DNA of 64,000 bases from Patescibacteria group bacterium (GTDB lineage: Bacteria; Patescibacteriota; Patescibacteriia; UBA2591; JABMQE01): positions 997 to 64,996 of the forward strand of contig JAHIMF010000005.1 of NCBI GenBank assembly GCA_018896645.1, written 5' to 3'. The notes below the pieces were generated by a model that was not told the DNA's origin, made no database searches, and worked only from the letters and a program-made list of their open reading frames with translations. This document shows positions 49,815 through 58,754 of the stretch, piece after piece. The translations under genes were made by a program, and so were the position numbers. Positions within the stretch are counted from its first letter, which is position 1, and each line of letters begins with the position of its first letter.

Positions 49815-50780
49815 ATGCAGAAATCATCCAAACCAATCATAAAACATATACTGGATTTTTTAGAATTTTGTGAAGTTGAAAAAGGATTAACTCAAAAATC
49901 TATTGAAAATTATAAAAGATTTTTAGATAAATTTTTAAATTGGTTAAAAAATAAAAAATTACAAAACCTTAAACCTCACGAACTAACTGATAAACATATT
50001 TGGGATTATCGAGTTTATTTATCTAGATACATTGATCCTCGGACCAGCTCTTCCCTATCCCGGCGGACCCAGAACTATTACCTGGTAGTTCTAAGGGTTT
50101 TGTTGGCTTATTTTGCGGATAAAGACATTGAATCCCTGCCATCTGATAAGATTAAATTGCCAAAGCTACGAGACTCGGATAAGGCAATCAAATTTTTGAC
50201 AGTTGAACAAATAGAAAAGCTTCTCTCGGTTACGGACATCAAAACAAAAACCGGCCTGCGTGACCGGACAATCATGGAAGTTTTGTTCAGCACTGGTTTG
50301 CGAGTATCCGAGCTCACGAGCTTAAATCAAGATCAATTTAATCTTTCTTGGATAAAAAAGAATGCCAAATCTTATGAATTAAGCATCACTGGCAAGGGCG
50401 GCCGTACCCGTACGGTTTATTTTTCGCAACGGGCATTATATTGGCTAAATAAATATTTACAAAAGCGGATTGATAATGACAAAGCGCTTTTTATTCATTA
50501 TCATTCGCCTGATAAAGAAACCAAGTCTCATCGATTGACTCCCCGTTCAGTAGCGCGAATTGTGGCCAAATACACTAAAATGGCTGGCTTACCGATTAGC
50601 GCTACGCCCCATACTTTGCGCCATAGTTTTGCTACTGATTTATTAACTCGCGGAGCGGACATTAGAGCAGTCCAAGAGTTTTTAGGCCATAAAAATATTG
50701 TCACTACGCAGGTTTACACTCATGTAACTAACAAAAGATTACGGGATTTGTATGACAAGTTTCATAGCGGAAATAAATAA
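49815..50780 (+). CDS. XerC/XerD-like tyrosine recombinase
   Basis: RD...STGLRVSEL, GKGGRTR, PHTLRHSFAT, LGH..I.TTQVYTH. Confidence 0.93.
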   Translation: MQKSSKPIIKHILDFLEFCEVEKGLTQKSIENYKRFLDKFLNWLKNKKLQNLKPHELTDKHIWDYRVYLSRYIDPRTSSSLSRRTQNYYLVVLRVLLAYFADKDIESLPSDKIKLPKLRDSDKAIKFLTVEQIEKLLSVTDIKTKTGLRDRTIMEVLFSTGLRVSELTSLNQDQFNLSWIKKNAKSYELSITGKGGRTRTVYFSQRALYWLNKYLQKRIDNDKALFIHYHSPDKETKSHRLTPRSVARIVAKYTKMAGLPISATPHTLRHSFATDLLTRGADIRAVQEFLGHKNIVTTQVYTHVTNKRLRDLYDKFHSGNK

Positions 50781-50910
50781 AAATAATTCCAAAATCCAAA
50801 TTACAAATTATTCCAAATCAAATCCAAACAACAAACCCAAAAAATGAAATTTGACATTTGAGCTTTGAGCTTCATTTGGCATAATTTAAACTTTGAAATA
50901 ATTTGGATTT

Positions 50911-51300
50911 TTAATTAAAGTGCTCCCCCAACACCCCATCCTTCTTAAACTTCTCAATATTTTTGTTAACCTGCTTATAAAACGCCGGGTAGTGTTTGCG
51001 AATAATCAAATGGCCTTTGTAGCGCTGACGATATGGGAGTTTCTGATGATGGGCTATTTCGTGCGCTATCACCCGCAGAATTGAGTTATAGCTTTTTGGT
51101 TTGCGGTGTTTTGGAGTATAAATATCAACGGTAATGGTTTTATTTTTGAGATTAGTGTGCCCGAGGACGAGATTTTTAGCAGACTTGACTCCCCCATTCC
51201 GTCCTTGCATTGGGCGGAATTTTAAGTTTGGGTATTTTAAAATAATACACGCGCGGATGAAAAGGTGAGAGATGAGTTGTTCGTGTTTTGGGTTTAACAT
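50911..51300 (-). CDS. Small HExxH zincin-like protein
   Basis: IAHEIAHH followed by H..AF. Confidence 0.7.
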   Translation of the reverse strand: MLNPKHEQLISHLFIRACIILKYPNLKFRPMQGRNGGVKSAKNLVLGHTNLKNKTITVDIYTPKHRKPKSYNSILRVIAHEIAHHQKLPYRQRYKGHLIIRKHYPAFYKQVNKNIEKFKKDGVLGEHFN

Positions 51301-51427
51301 ACGAATAATAATGCGAATGATGCCAATTACCTGCCTTGCCGGCAGGCAGGCGCGAATATGCGAATTTATTATTTTTTTTCACCCCCTATTGCATAATCAG
51401 ATTTTTGGCGAAAGTTGATTAGGCGGC

Positions 51428-52453
51428 TCATACTTTACTTAATCTTTTAGCTGTTTCAAATTGTTCTCTTTTAGTAATTGCGTCATGATAATTTATTTTT
51501 TCTTCAGAATAGGTATACTGTCCTTTTTTCGATTCTTCTATTAGTTCATTTACCCATTCCCGGTCATCTTCATCTTCAAGCATATCCCTGGCTTGTTCAG
51601 CGCTGTCAAAACCGCTCAAAAGCGCAGCTTCACCAGGACTTAAATCAATATCAAATTCTTGACATTCCCCACTTAAGTGTTCGTCTTGCTTTCTGAAAAA
51701 TGGAACATTCAAACGAATTGTTAATACTTTTTCTCTTCCTTTGCGATCAGCTAACGAGCCCATATCAGCCGCTAAAAGTGTTTCTGCTACAATGTTTCCT
51801 TCTTCCGGATAAGGATGTTTGATTTCCATTTCTCCTTTTTTTTGGAGCTCTTTATTTACATTTTCTAATATCCTCGTCATAAAACCGGGATGTGGTCCCA
51901 TATGGCATCTAATCGCTTCCTCAATAGTCGATATTGTCTTTTCGACGTCTTCTTCGCTATAATTTTCTCCTAAAATTTTGGTCAGCATCTCTGGTTGTTG
52001 CTCAAAAATACTCTTTACTTCATTGGCGGCAATTTCGCCGTGAGCCGCCAGCATATAATTTTGAATGTTTGCTGATTCTTCTGGCGGTTTACCTGATTTA
52101 GCTAAATCGTGTAAAATCGCTGCTGCCTCAAGCGTTGCGAGTTGTTTTTCACCTAGGCCCTTTTTTACTCCTCTTTCAACGCAAAAATTCAATATTTGCT
52201 TATTATGTTCTTCAAAAGATTTAAGTTGCTCTGGACTTTCAGCTATTGTTGAATTAGGATTTTCGTAACGTTCATTGACCAAATTAATCAATCCAGAAAA
52301 TCTTTCTTGAGCGGCTTTATACTCTTTATCAATAGGAGTTAATTCTTTTTCTATTTTTTTCTCTTCGGATTTTTCAACGGTTATTTCTTCTGGTTTTATC
52401 CCCATTTCTTTTAATTGCTCCTCTGACATTGAACTTTCTAGTCCCATAGGCAT
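51428..52453 (-). CDS. HD-domain protein with acidic leader
   Basis: H...AAILHDLAK, HGE, AIRCHMG, AAD. Confidence 0.8.
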   Translation of the reverse strand: MPMGLESSMSEEQLKEMGIKPEEITVEKSEEKKIEKELTPIDKEYKAAQERFSGLINLVNERYENPNSTIAESPEQLKSFEEHNKQILNFCVERGVKKGLGEKQLATLEAAAILHDLAKSGKPPEESANIQNYMLAAHGEIAANEVKSIFEQQPEMLTKILGENYSEEDVEKTISTIEEAIRCHMGPHPGFMTRILENVNKELQKKGEMEIKHPYPEEGNIVAETLLAADMGSLADRKGREKVLTIRLNVPFFRKQDEHLSGECQEFDIDLSPGEAALLSGFDSAEQARDMLEDEDDREWVNELIEESKKGQYTYSEEKINYHDAITKREQFETAKRLSKV

Positions 52454-52509
52454 ATAATTTTTCCTTTCCCCTTTACTCAACGCCAACTTTAAATAAAGGA
52501 ATTAAATAA

Positions 52510-53058
52510 TTATTCTTCAAATTTACCGACCACATAATCAAATTCCTGGCCCCAGTCTCTTGTTGGGCACTTGAATCCCGTAGGACTAATCGCCCGATTA
52601 GTCCACCTAACTTTTTCAGTTTCTAACTTCCTAATAGCCAAAACATAAAACGGTTTATCACAACCATAACAGGGGTAATATGGGCTATTGTTATTACAAT
52701 TGTAGTGATGATAAAAATATCCTTGGCAATGGCCAAAAAACAAGGGGTCTCCCCTATCTTGGTCTAGAAAACCTTCTTTGACAAGAACCGACAAAAAGCC
52801 ATCATTGCCATCTTTTTTACAAAAACCAATATCCCAGCGGTCACAACAGGCATCTTGGCCCGCATCAGGATAATTTCCGTGTTTTTCATAATATTTATCT
52901 ATAGCAATTTGAATATCTCGGATATCTTGCAGGCGTTTCTGGTCACGAGTAATTTTTTGGTGCGCATCAAAGTAAAAAACTCCTAAAATAAAAAAAAGTC
53001 CGATTAGAGATATTATTATAACCAGTTTAAAACAATTTTTCTGAAGATACACATTCAT
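52510..53058 (-). CDS. Pilin/GspG-like Cys-rich surface protein
   Basis: TM helix then RDQKRLQDI..IQ.AI..YY...G.YP. No canonical GFTxxE prepilin site is visible. Confidence 0.6.
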   Translation of the reverse strand: MNVYLQKNCFKLVIIISLIGLFFILGVFYFDAHQKITRDQKRLQDIRDIQIAIDKYYEKHGNYPDAGQDACCDRWDIGFCKKDGNDGFLSVLVKEGFLDQDRGDPLFFGHCQGYFYHHYNCNNNSPYYPCYGCDKPFYVLAIRKLETEKVRWTNRAISPTGFKCPTRDWGQEFDYVVGKFEE

Positions 53059-53171
53059 TTATAATATATTCATTTATCATCTTAATGATTGGCTGATAAA
53101 GTTGTTAATAAGGTGGTAATTTTTATTAAGTAAGTATTAACCCTAATAGATGACAAATGGAAATGTTAACA

Positions 53172-54437
53172 TCACGGGAGATAATTGAGTGGATTCACCG
53201 GTATCCCATTCAATCTCACTTCAAAATGCAGATGGGGTCCGCTGCTAAATCTGCCGGCGCCTGGGGTGCCGGGCATACCGCCGGAAAGACCCATCACTTG
53301 GCCTCGCTTTACATAACTATCTTCTTTTACATCAATTCTTGAAAGGTGCCCGTAAACAGTGGAAATGCCATTATTGTGGATAATCATTACATAACTGTAG
53401 CCTGTAGCCCCGCCATTTTTAGCCCGCGCCACATAGCCGGAAGCTGCCGCTCTAACTGAAATGCCATTAGAGGGCACGCCGTCTCTCAAAGTTCTAATAT
53501 CAACGCCTGAATGTTCGCCAATCCAAAGGCGGTAGGGATAGTCCGGGTCATGAAAATAAGCAACGATTTGACGCGACGGAACCGGCCAGGACAAAGTGGC
53601 CGTATCGTTATCTAAATCAGTTCCCCCCTGCTCTTGCTCCTGGGCTTCCAGGGCCGCGCGAATCTTTTGCTCTAAATTTTTCATTTCAACATTTGCTTGT
53701 TCAAATTCCTGACGCGCTAAAACCAGCAAATTTTCAAATTTTCTTTCTGAACTTTTTGTCTGGGCCAGCAAATTGGTTTTCATGCCAGTTTCTTCGGCCA
53801 AGGCATTTTTCTCGGACAAGAGCTCTTCTTTTAAATTTTCTAACTTTTTCTTCTTAGCGCCTAAATTATTTTTCTCTACTACCAGCCTTTCTCTTAATTC
53901 TTGGACTTCACCCAAAGTAATCTGGACATCATTCTGCACACTCTCCAGATATTGAATGTGATTAAAAAAATCAGACAAGTTATCATTAGTCAAAATAATT
54001 TCTATATACCCTTTTTGATCGTATTTGTAGATGGTACGAATAAATTCACCGAGATTAACTTTATTGGTTTCGATTTTTTCTTCCTTATCAGTAATCTCTT
54101 TTTCTACCTTACGAATTTGCAAATCCGCTTCTTCTATCTTAGACTGGGTGAGCTCAATATTTAATTTCGCTTTTTCAATTCGGCTCTCTAAGATACTAAG
54201 TTGATTGCTTAGGCTTAAAGCTTCTTTTTGTTTCTGGGTTATTCTTTCTTGGTATAGCTCACGCTCGGTTTCCAGCTCTTTGATGTACTGTTTCTTTTTG
54301 TTGATTTCTTGTTCTAAAATACTAACCGGGTCCTGGTCATAAGCGGCTAGAACTGGCGAAAATAAAAAGACAGTACAAAAAACTGCCAGAATTATAACTG
54401 TGAAATAATAATTATTTTTTTGTTTCTGTGAATGCAT
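53172..54437 (-). CDS. M23 peptidase with coiled coil (EnvC/CwlO-like)
   Basis: Signal peptide, long coiled coil, HSGVD, YGHLS, GPHLHFEVR. Confidence 0.92.
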   Translation of the reverse strand: MHSQKQKNNYYFTVIILAVFCTVFLFSPVLAAYDQDPVSILEQEINKKKQYIKELETERELYQERITQKQKEALSLSNQLSILESRIEKAKLNIELTQSKIEEADLQIRKVEKEITDKEEKIETNKVNLGEFIRTIYKYDQKGYIEIILTNDNLSDFFNHIQYLESVQNDVQITLGEVQELRERLVVEKNNLGAKKKKLENLKEELLSEKNALAEETGMKTNLLAQTKSSERKFENLLVLARQEFEQANVEMKNLEQKIRAALEAQEQEQGGTDLDNDTATLSWPVPSRQIVAYFHDPDYPYRLWIGEHSGVDIRTLRDGVPSNGISVRAAASGYVARAKNGGATGYSYVMIIHNNGISTVYGHLSRIDVKEDSYVKRGQVMGLSGGMPGTPGAGRFSSGPHLHFEVRLNGIPVNPLNYLP

Positions 54438-54760
54438 GGGTTTTCTTAACTCAAATTACAAAATACTGCCAAAGTTTGACATTCTCTGATATTATTATAG
54501 TATAGTTTATTGTTTTAGTAAAATAGATAAGTAGAACGAAAGAACTTGCGGTAGCTATGTGGATAACTTATCTGTGTATGAGACGTTTTGTGCCATATTC
54601 ATAGTATTTTTCATTGATTTAGCATACTCGTTCATTATCAGTAGTCGTTTTGTACTACCCCTGTTTGGAGGCACAAAATTTGGGTAGAATAGAATAAGAA
54701 TAAATTTGCAATTTTTGTCGTGAAATTGTCATTATCTGTTATAGTCAATTTTCACAGAGG

Positions 54761-54832
54761 TGGACCCGACCGGACTTGAACAGGCATAGCACATGTGTCA
54801 AGTATGGCATGTTACCATTACATCACGGGCCC
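54761..54832 (-). tRNA. Atypical tRNA-like gene (Ala-type acceptor; best-pairing anticodon loop reads GAC)
   Basis: Acceptor GGGCCCG/CGGGTCC-A with G3-U70; D arm ATGT-AATGGTA-ACAT; T loop TTCAAGT with one T-stem mismatch; poorly paired anticodon stem; ends CCT. Confidence 0.65.
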
Positions 54833-54847
54833 AGGCCCACCAATTTC

Positions 54848-54876
54848 AGTATAAAGCAAAAAGAACCCTCTTGCAA
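54848..54876 (-). promoter_or_regulatory. Promoter of the tRNA-like gene, overlapping a terminator hairpin
   Basis: TTGCAA-17 nt-TATACT on the minus strand. Confidence 0.6.
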
Positions 54877-54930
54877 GGATTCTTTTTGTTGACACATGCG
54901 CAATATCCGTGATGCGGGTATGCCATATCT
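54858..54930 (-). ncRNA. Putative small RNA antisense to the adjacent tRNA-like RNA
   Basis: Promoter TTGACA-16-TATACT with extended TG (54964-54937); terminator aaaaagaatcc...ggttcttttt; three blocks complementary to the tRNA-like RNA. Confidence 0.5.
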
Positions 54931-55135
54931 AATTGCAGTATAGCACAAGTGATATAAATGTCAAGCGTATTTATCCACAAGCGCAAACTGCTAAATTTGC
55001 GTTAAAAAATTGAGAATCCACATGCCAATTTAACGCAATATGGCTCCACAGTCTCCCTTTGGGAGAACTATGGAGCCCGCGAGGTGTGGAGTCAGCGGGT
55101 CGTTCAAAATTTATTTATGGATATAGGCTTTATGA

Positions 55136-55414
55136 CTATCTACTCTTTAACAATTCATCGATAGCTTCTATAACAGAATTTTCTGCATCTTGTTGCACTT
55201 TTTTTTCACTAAGCTTTCCGTCATATGCCCGTTCTCCAGTTTCTGGCACACTATAAATACCTCCTCTTGCGATACTTTTTAAGAAATTAAGTAGACCTTT
55301 TGCCGAGGTTTTGGAAAGCTCATCCTTTAATTTTTCTAATTTTTGCTTTAACTCTAACGATATTTCACCTTCTTGACTTATTTCTTCGGTTTTTGGATTA
55401 AATTTTTCACTCAT
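55136..55414 (-). CDS. Hypothetical acidic protein
   Basis: SD AAGGGA; MSEKFNPKTEE leader. Confidence 0.65.
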   Translation of the reverse strand: MSEKFNPKTEEISQEGEISLELKQKLEKLKDELSKTSAKGLLNFLKSIARGGIYSVPETGERAYDGKLSEKKVQQDAENSVIEAIDELLKSR

Positions 55415-55476
55415 ATTAGTTTCCCTTTTTATAACAATTTGGATTAAACTAAATTGTTATATTGATTAAAATTTTT

Positions 55477-55653
55477 TTAGGATTTAGTTAGTAATGAATA
55501 TGCAAACTTTATCCTTTCAACACTTTTCTCTTTCCCTAAAGCCCTAATAATCTCAAAAACATCCGGGGAGTTTTTTTGACCGGAAACGGCCACGCGCAGG
55601 GGTCAAAAAGTTTCGGAGCGGGTTAAGTTTTGTTCTTCTCGCTTGGAATCAAG
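55477..55653 (-). pseudogene. Displaced, diverged 3' fragment of gltX
   Basis: LDSKREEQNLTRSETF*PLRVAVSGQKNSPDVFEIIRALGKEKSVERIKFAYSLLTKS aligns without gaps to the GltX C-terminus. Confidence 0.9.
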
Positions 55654-55661
55654 GGATTTAT

Positions 55662-56951
55662 TTAGCTTTCTCTCAAATATCCCCAGTTATGAAGTTTATC
55701 GCTATCGTTAAACCAACGTTCACCAATATCGTCACGATAATACATGTGGGGGATATTGATGTTTTTAATTCGGTTGTAAGCTTGTTCTTGGGTTTGTTTC
55801 ATGGTTTGACCAGTGCCGCAGACTATCAGCACGACGCCTGATGTTCCAGTAACCAGCCATTCATTATTAATCATTTTAACATCTTCTATGTGAACTCCTT
55901 CGGTAGGTTTTTTAAAAAAGATGACCGAATCTTTGGATTTAACTAGAAAGGTTTGTTTATCGCGGAAAGGGAACGGTGGTACAACAATACGAATACCGAT
56001 TTGGAAACCATTTTTAACTTTTAAAACGGGTTTGTTTCCGGAAGCAAGTTCAAAAAGAAATTCGCTGATAGGCGTAACCATTCCTTCTTGTTGGATGCTG
56101 ATAGTGGGGTAACCAAATCGGGCGGTCCATTCCAATGGGTAGATGCCATTAACATTAACAATGCAGTTAATATCAATATAGCCGATATATTTTTCTTGAG
56201 CGAGAACCGATTCAAATTTTTTTAGGGTGGCGTTAAAAATTTTGTTAGGAGTTGACCAAAACATAACAGTTCCCATTTCCCCAGTAGAAGGACCAAGGTT
56301 GCCGGGAAAGAGTTTTTTGTGCTCAAAGTTAACATTAATTGGATAGATAAATTCTTGGCCGTTAAAGAAGGCGCCGACAGCAATTTCGACACCGACTAAT
56401 CTTTTTTGGAGCTGAAAATTGGGAATTTTTTTGGCCCAGGCTTTGTTGTAATCGTTTAAAACTTGGATAACATCTCGGCCGTCGTCTTCTTCACCGATAA
56501 AAAGCAGGCCTTTTAAGTTTTGGGCCTCGCCGCTCGGTTTGATAACATATTTAGTAGGATTTTCTCGAACAAATTTAATTGCTTCTTCGAAATTAGTGAA
56601 ATTCCAATGAGGAGCTACTGATACGCCATGTTTTTTTAGCTCTTCTTGACCAAAGGCGCGTTCATCCTCAAGACGGTCAGTATACGGTGTTCCGCCGATA
56701 ACTCTTTTGCCTTGGTCGCGTAATTTTTTGGCAAGGGTTCCTTGGCCTAGGACATCATCAAAAATAATGACATCAGCCCATTCGACTTCCTGTTGCCAAT
56801 TAAGAGTTTTTTCAACGAAGCCATCACCGACTTCACGTTCTTCTGACTCTTTAATATAATATTTAGTTTGATGTCCTTCCTTTTTTATTTGCCAGGCGAT
56901 ATCGGTGATCAGGCCGTCGTAGGAATAAAAGAGAAATTTTAGAGGTTTCAT
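55662..56951 (-). CDS. PurD-like ATP-grasp ligase (divergent)
   Basis: RLE.ER.FG, YVIKPSG, FEHKKLF.G.LGPSTGEMG, LEWTARFGYP, YYRDDIG. Confidence 0.8.
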   Translation of the reverse strand: MKPLKFLFYSYDGLITDIAWQIKKEGHQTKYYIKESEEREVGDGFVEKTLNWQQEVEWADVIIFDDVLGQGTLAKKLRDQGKRVIGGTPYTDRLEDERAFGQEELKKHGVSVAPHWNFTNFEEAIKFVRENPTKYVIKPSGEAQNLKGLLFIGEEDDGRDVIQVLNDYNKAWAKKIPNFQLQKRLVGVEIAVGAFFNGQEFIYPINVNFEHKKLFPGNLGPSTGEMGTVMFWSTPNKIFNATLKKFESVLAQEKYIGYIDINCIVNVNGIYPLEWTARFGYPTISIQQEGMVTPISEFLFELASGNKPVLKVKNGFQIGIRIVVPPFPFRDKQTFLVKSKDSVIFFKKPTEGVHIEDVKMINNEWLVTGTSGVVLIVCGTGQTMKQTQEQAYNRIKNINIPHMYYRDDIGERWFNDSDKLHNWGYLRES

Positions 56952-57035
56952 TTTTTTGGATGATGAATTATTTTATTATGGGATAGGCGAATTCAACGGA
57001 TTTGTTTTGATTGAATTCGTTGATATTATTCTTAA

Positions 57036-58496
57036 TTATTTTTTAAGTAGATTTAAGGCATGTTTAATTCGTTCAACACTTTTCTCTTTCCCCAAAGCAC
57101 TAATAATCTCAAAAACATCAGGAGAATTTTGTTGGCCGGAAACGGCTACGCGCAGGGGCCAGAGGGCGTCGGAACGCGATAAATTTTGTTTTTCGCGTTG
57201 GGAATCTAATTCTTCTCGTAATTTTTGGCTATTCCCTATTGTTCGATTGCTCGATTGCTCGATTGTCGATAGGGTAAATTCCAAAGCCTTGATTGTTGTT
57301 TCTTTGGTTGATTTTTTGGGAATGAGAAGCCCGGACTTATATTCTAATTTTTCTTGAAAAATAAAGCCAACTAACTCCCCTATCTCGTTTAATCGTTTTA
57401 ATCTGTCTTGGGCGAGTTTGACAATATTTTCGTTTGTTTTTTTGTTTTTTTGTTTTTTTGTTTTTTTTATAAATCCAGCTTCAATTAAAAATGGCAAACA
57501 CAATTCAGTAAGTCGTTCAACTGGCAACTGCCGTATGTACCAACCATTAAGCCAATCCAGTTTTTCAAGATTAAAAATCGCGCCGGCCTTTTGGACTTTT
57601 TGCAATTCAAAATCTTCAATTAACTCATTAGAAGAATATGCCTCTTTGTCCGTACCCGGGTTCCAGCCCAGAAAAGCAATAAAGTTAATCAAAGCTTCTT
57701 TAAGATAACCCTTTTTTAGATAATCTTCAACCGCGACATCACCCTGGCGTTTGGAAAGTTTTGATTTGTTTGGATTGAGAAGAAGCGGAAGATGAGCAAA
57801 CTCGGGAGGCCGCCATTCAAAATATTTATAAAGTAAAATGTGTTTTGGTGTTGAAGACAGCCACTCCTCTCCCCTAATAACATGACTAATTTTCATCTCG
57901 TGGTCATCAACCACACTAGCCAAATGATAGGTTGGGTAACCGTCAGATTTAAGTAAAACTTGGTCGTCAATCAAGTCATTTTCAAATTTAACTTTGCCCC
58001 GCACAATATCTTCAAATTCAGTCATCCCCTGCTCTGGCACTCTCATCCGGATTATATGCGGTTTACTTTCTTTAATATTTTTTTCAACATCTTCCCGGCT
58101 CAACTCACGGCAATGCCCATCATATTTTGGCGGTTCTTTGCGTGTTTGCTGTTCTTTACGCATCTTTTCCAATCGCTCGGTTGAACAAAAACAATAATAA
58201 GCTTTATTATTTTTGACTAATTGTTCAGCGTGCTTTTTATAAATATCCAATCGCTGGGATTGCACTACCACCGGTTCATCACTCTCCATATCAAAATCTT
58301 TGAGCGTTTTAAGTAGTTTTTCAGTAGCGCCTTCGATTTGTCTTTTTTTGTCCGTATCTTCAATCCGAATCAAAAATTTACCCTTATTATGTCGGGTAAA
58401 TAAAAAATTATATAAAGCGCTCCGAAGGCTCCCAACATGGAGAAAACCAGTTGGGCTGGGCGCGAAACGAACGCGGATTGGAGAGGGGGTTGACAT
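57036..58496 (-). CDS. gltX: Glutamate--tRNA ligase
   Basis: RFAPSPTG.LHVG, RIEDTD, PTYHLA.VVDD, HVIRGEEW, KLSKR. Confidence 0.97.
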   Translation of the reverse strand: MSTPSPIRVRFAPSPTGFLHVGSLRSALYNFLFTRHNKGKFLIRIEDTDKKRQIEGATEKLLKTLKDFDMESDEPVVVQSQRLDIYKKHAEQLVKNNKAYYCFCSTERLEKMRKEQQTRKEPPKYDGHCRELSREDVEKNIKESKPHIIRMRVPEQGMTEFEDIVRGKVKFENDLIDDQVLLKSDGYPTYHLASVVDDHEMKISHVIRGEEWLSSTPKHILLYKYFEWRPPEFAHLPLLLNPNKSKLSKRQGDVAVEDYLKKGYLKEALINFIAFLGWNPGTDKEAYSSNELIEDFELQKVQKAGAIFNLEKLDWLNGWYIRQLPVERLTELCLPFLIEAGFIKKTKKQKNKKTNENIVKLAQDRLKRLNEIGELVGFIFQEKLEYKSGLLIPKKSTKETTIKALEFTLSTIEQSSNRTIGNSQKLREELDSQREKQNLSRSDALWPLRVAVSGQQNSPDVFEIISALGKEKSVERIKHALNLLKK

Positions 58497-58576
58497 AATT
58501 GGGATCATGATTTAATATGGTGGTGACAGCAGGAATTGAAATCAAACCGCTTGATTAAACTGGACGGGGGTGTGAA

Positions 58577-58754
58577 TATGAAAATTTTTGTAGCTATGAA
58601 CGGAGACTTGCGTGAATTTACGCGAGATGAGTTGTTGGCGGAGTCCGGAGAGAACCTTATTAAGTTTCATCGTATCAATGTGGTTTTCTGCAATGCGGAC
58701 TGTCAGTGCGATTTGGAAAAATTGGAGGAAGTTATGTTGGAGAGAATGAGCTAA
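58577..58754 (+). CDS. Small orphan protein opposite to its neighbours
   Basis: SD GGGGGTG before MKIFVAMNG; terminator at 58778-58820. Confidence 0.45.

Noticed and set aside
49815-50780. Integron integrase or prophage integrase
   Set aside because: No IntI-specific insertion is evident, no attC array and no phage genes; it looks like a housekeeping Xer.
54761-54832. tmRNA
   Set aside because: It has an Ala-type acceptor, but both acceptor strands lie within 72 nt with a D stem and no tag reading frame.
34500-54979. oriC from TTATCCACA boxes (34500, 49747, 54558, 54971)
   Set aside because: The boxes are scattered near promoters, there is no dnaA, and gene orientation converges rather than diverges.
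54996-55077. Two hairpins upstream of the sRNA promoter as a riboswitch
   Set aside because: No recognisable aptamer motif; they may be terminator or repeat remnants.
55477-55653. DGR template repeat for gltX, or TGA recoding
   Set aside because: Differences from gltX are not adenine-restricted, and TGA ends many genes here (murB, rplQ, frr), so it is a true stop.
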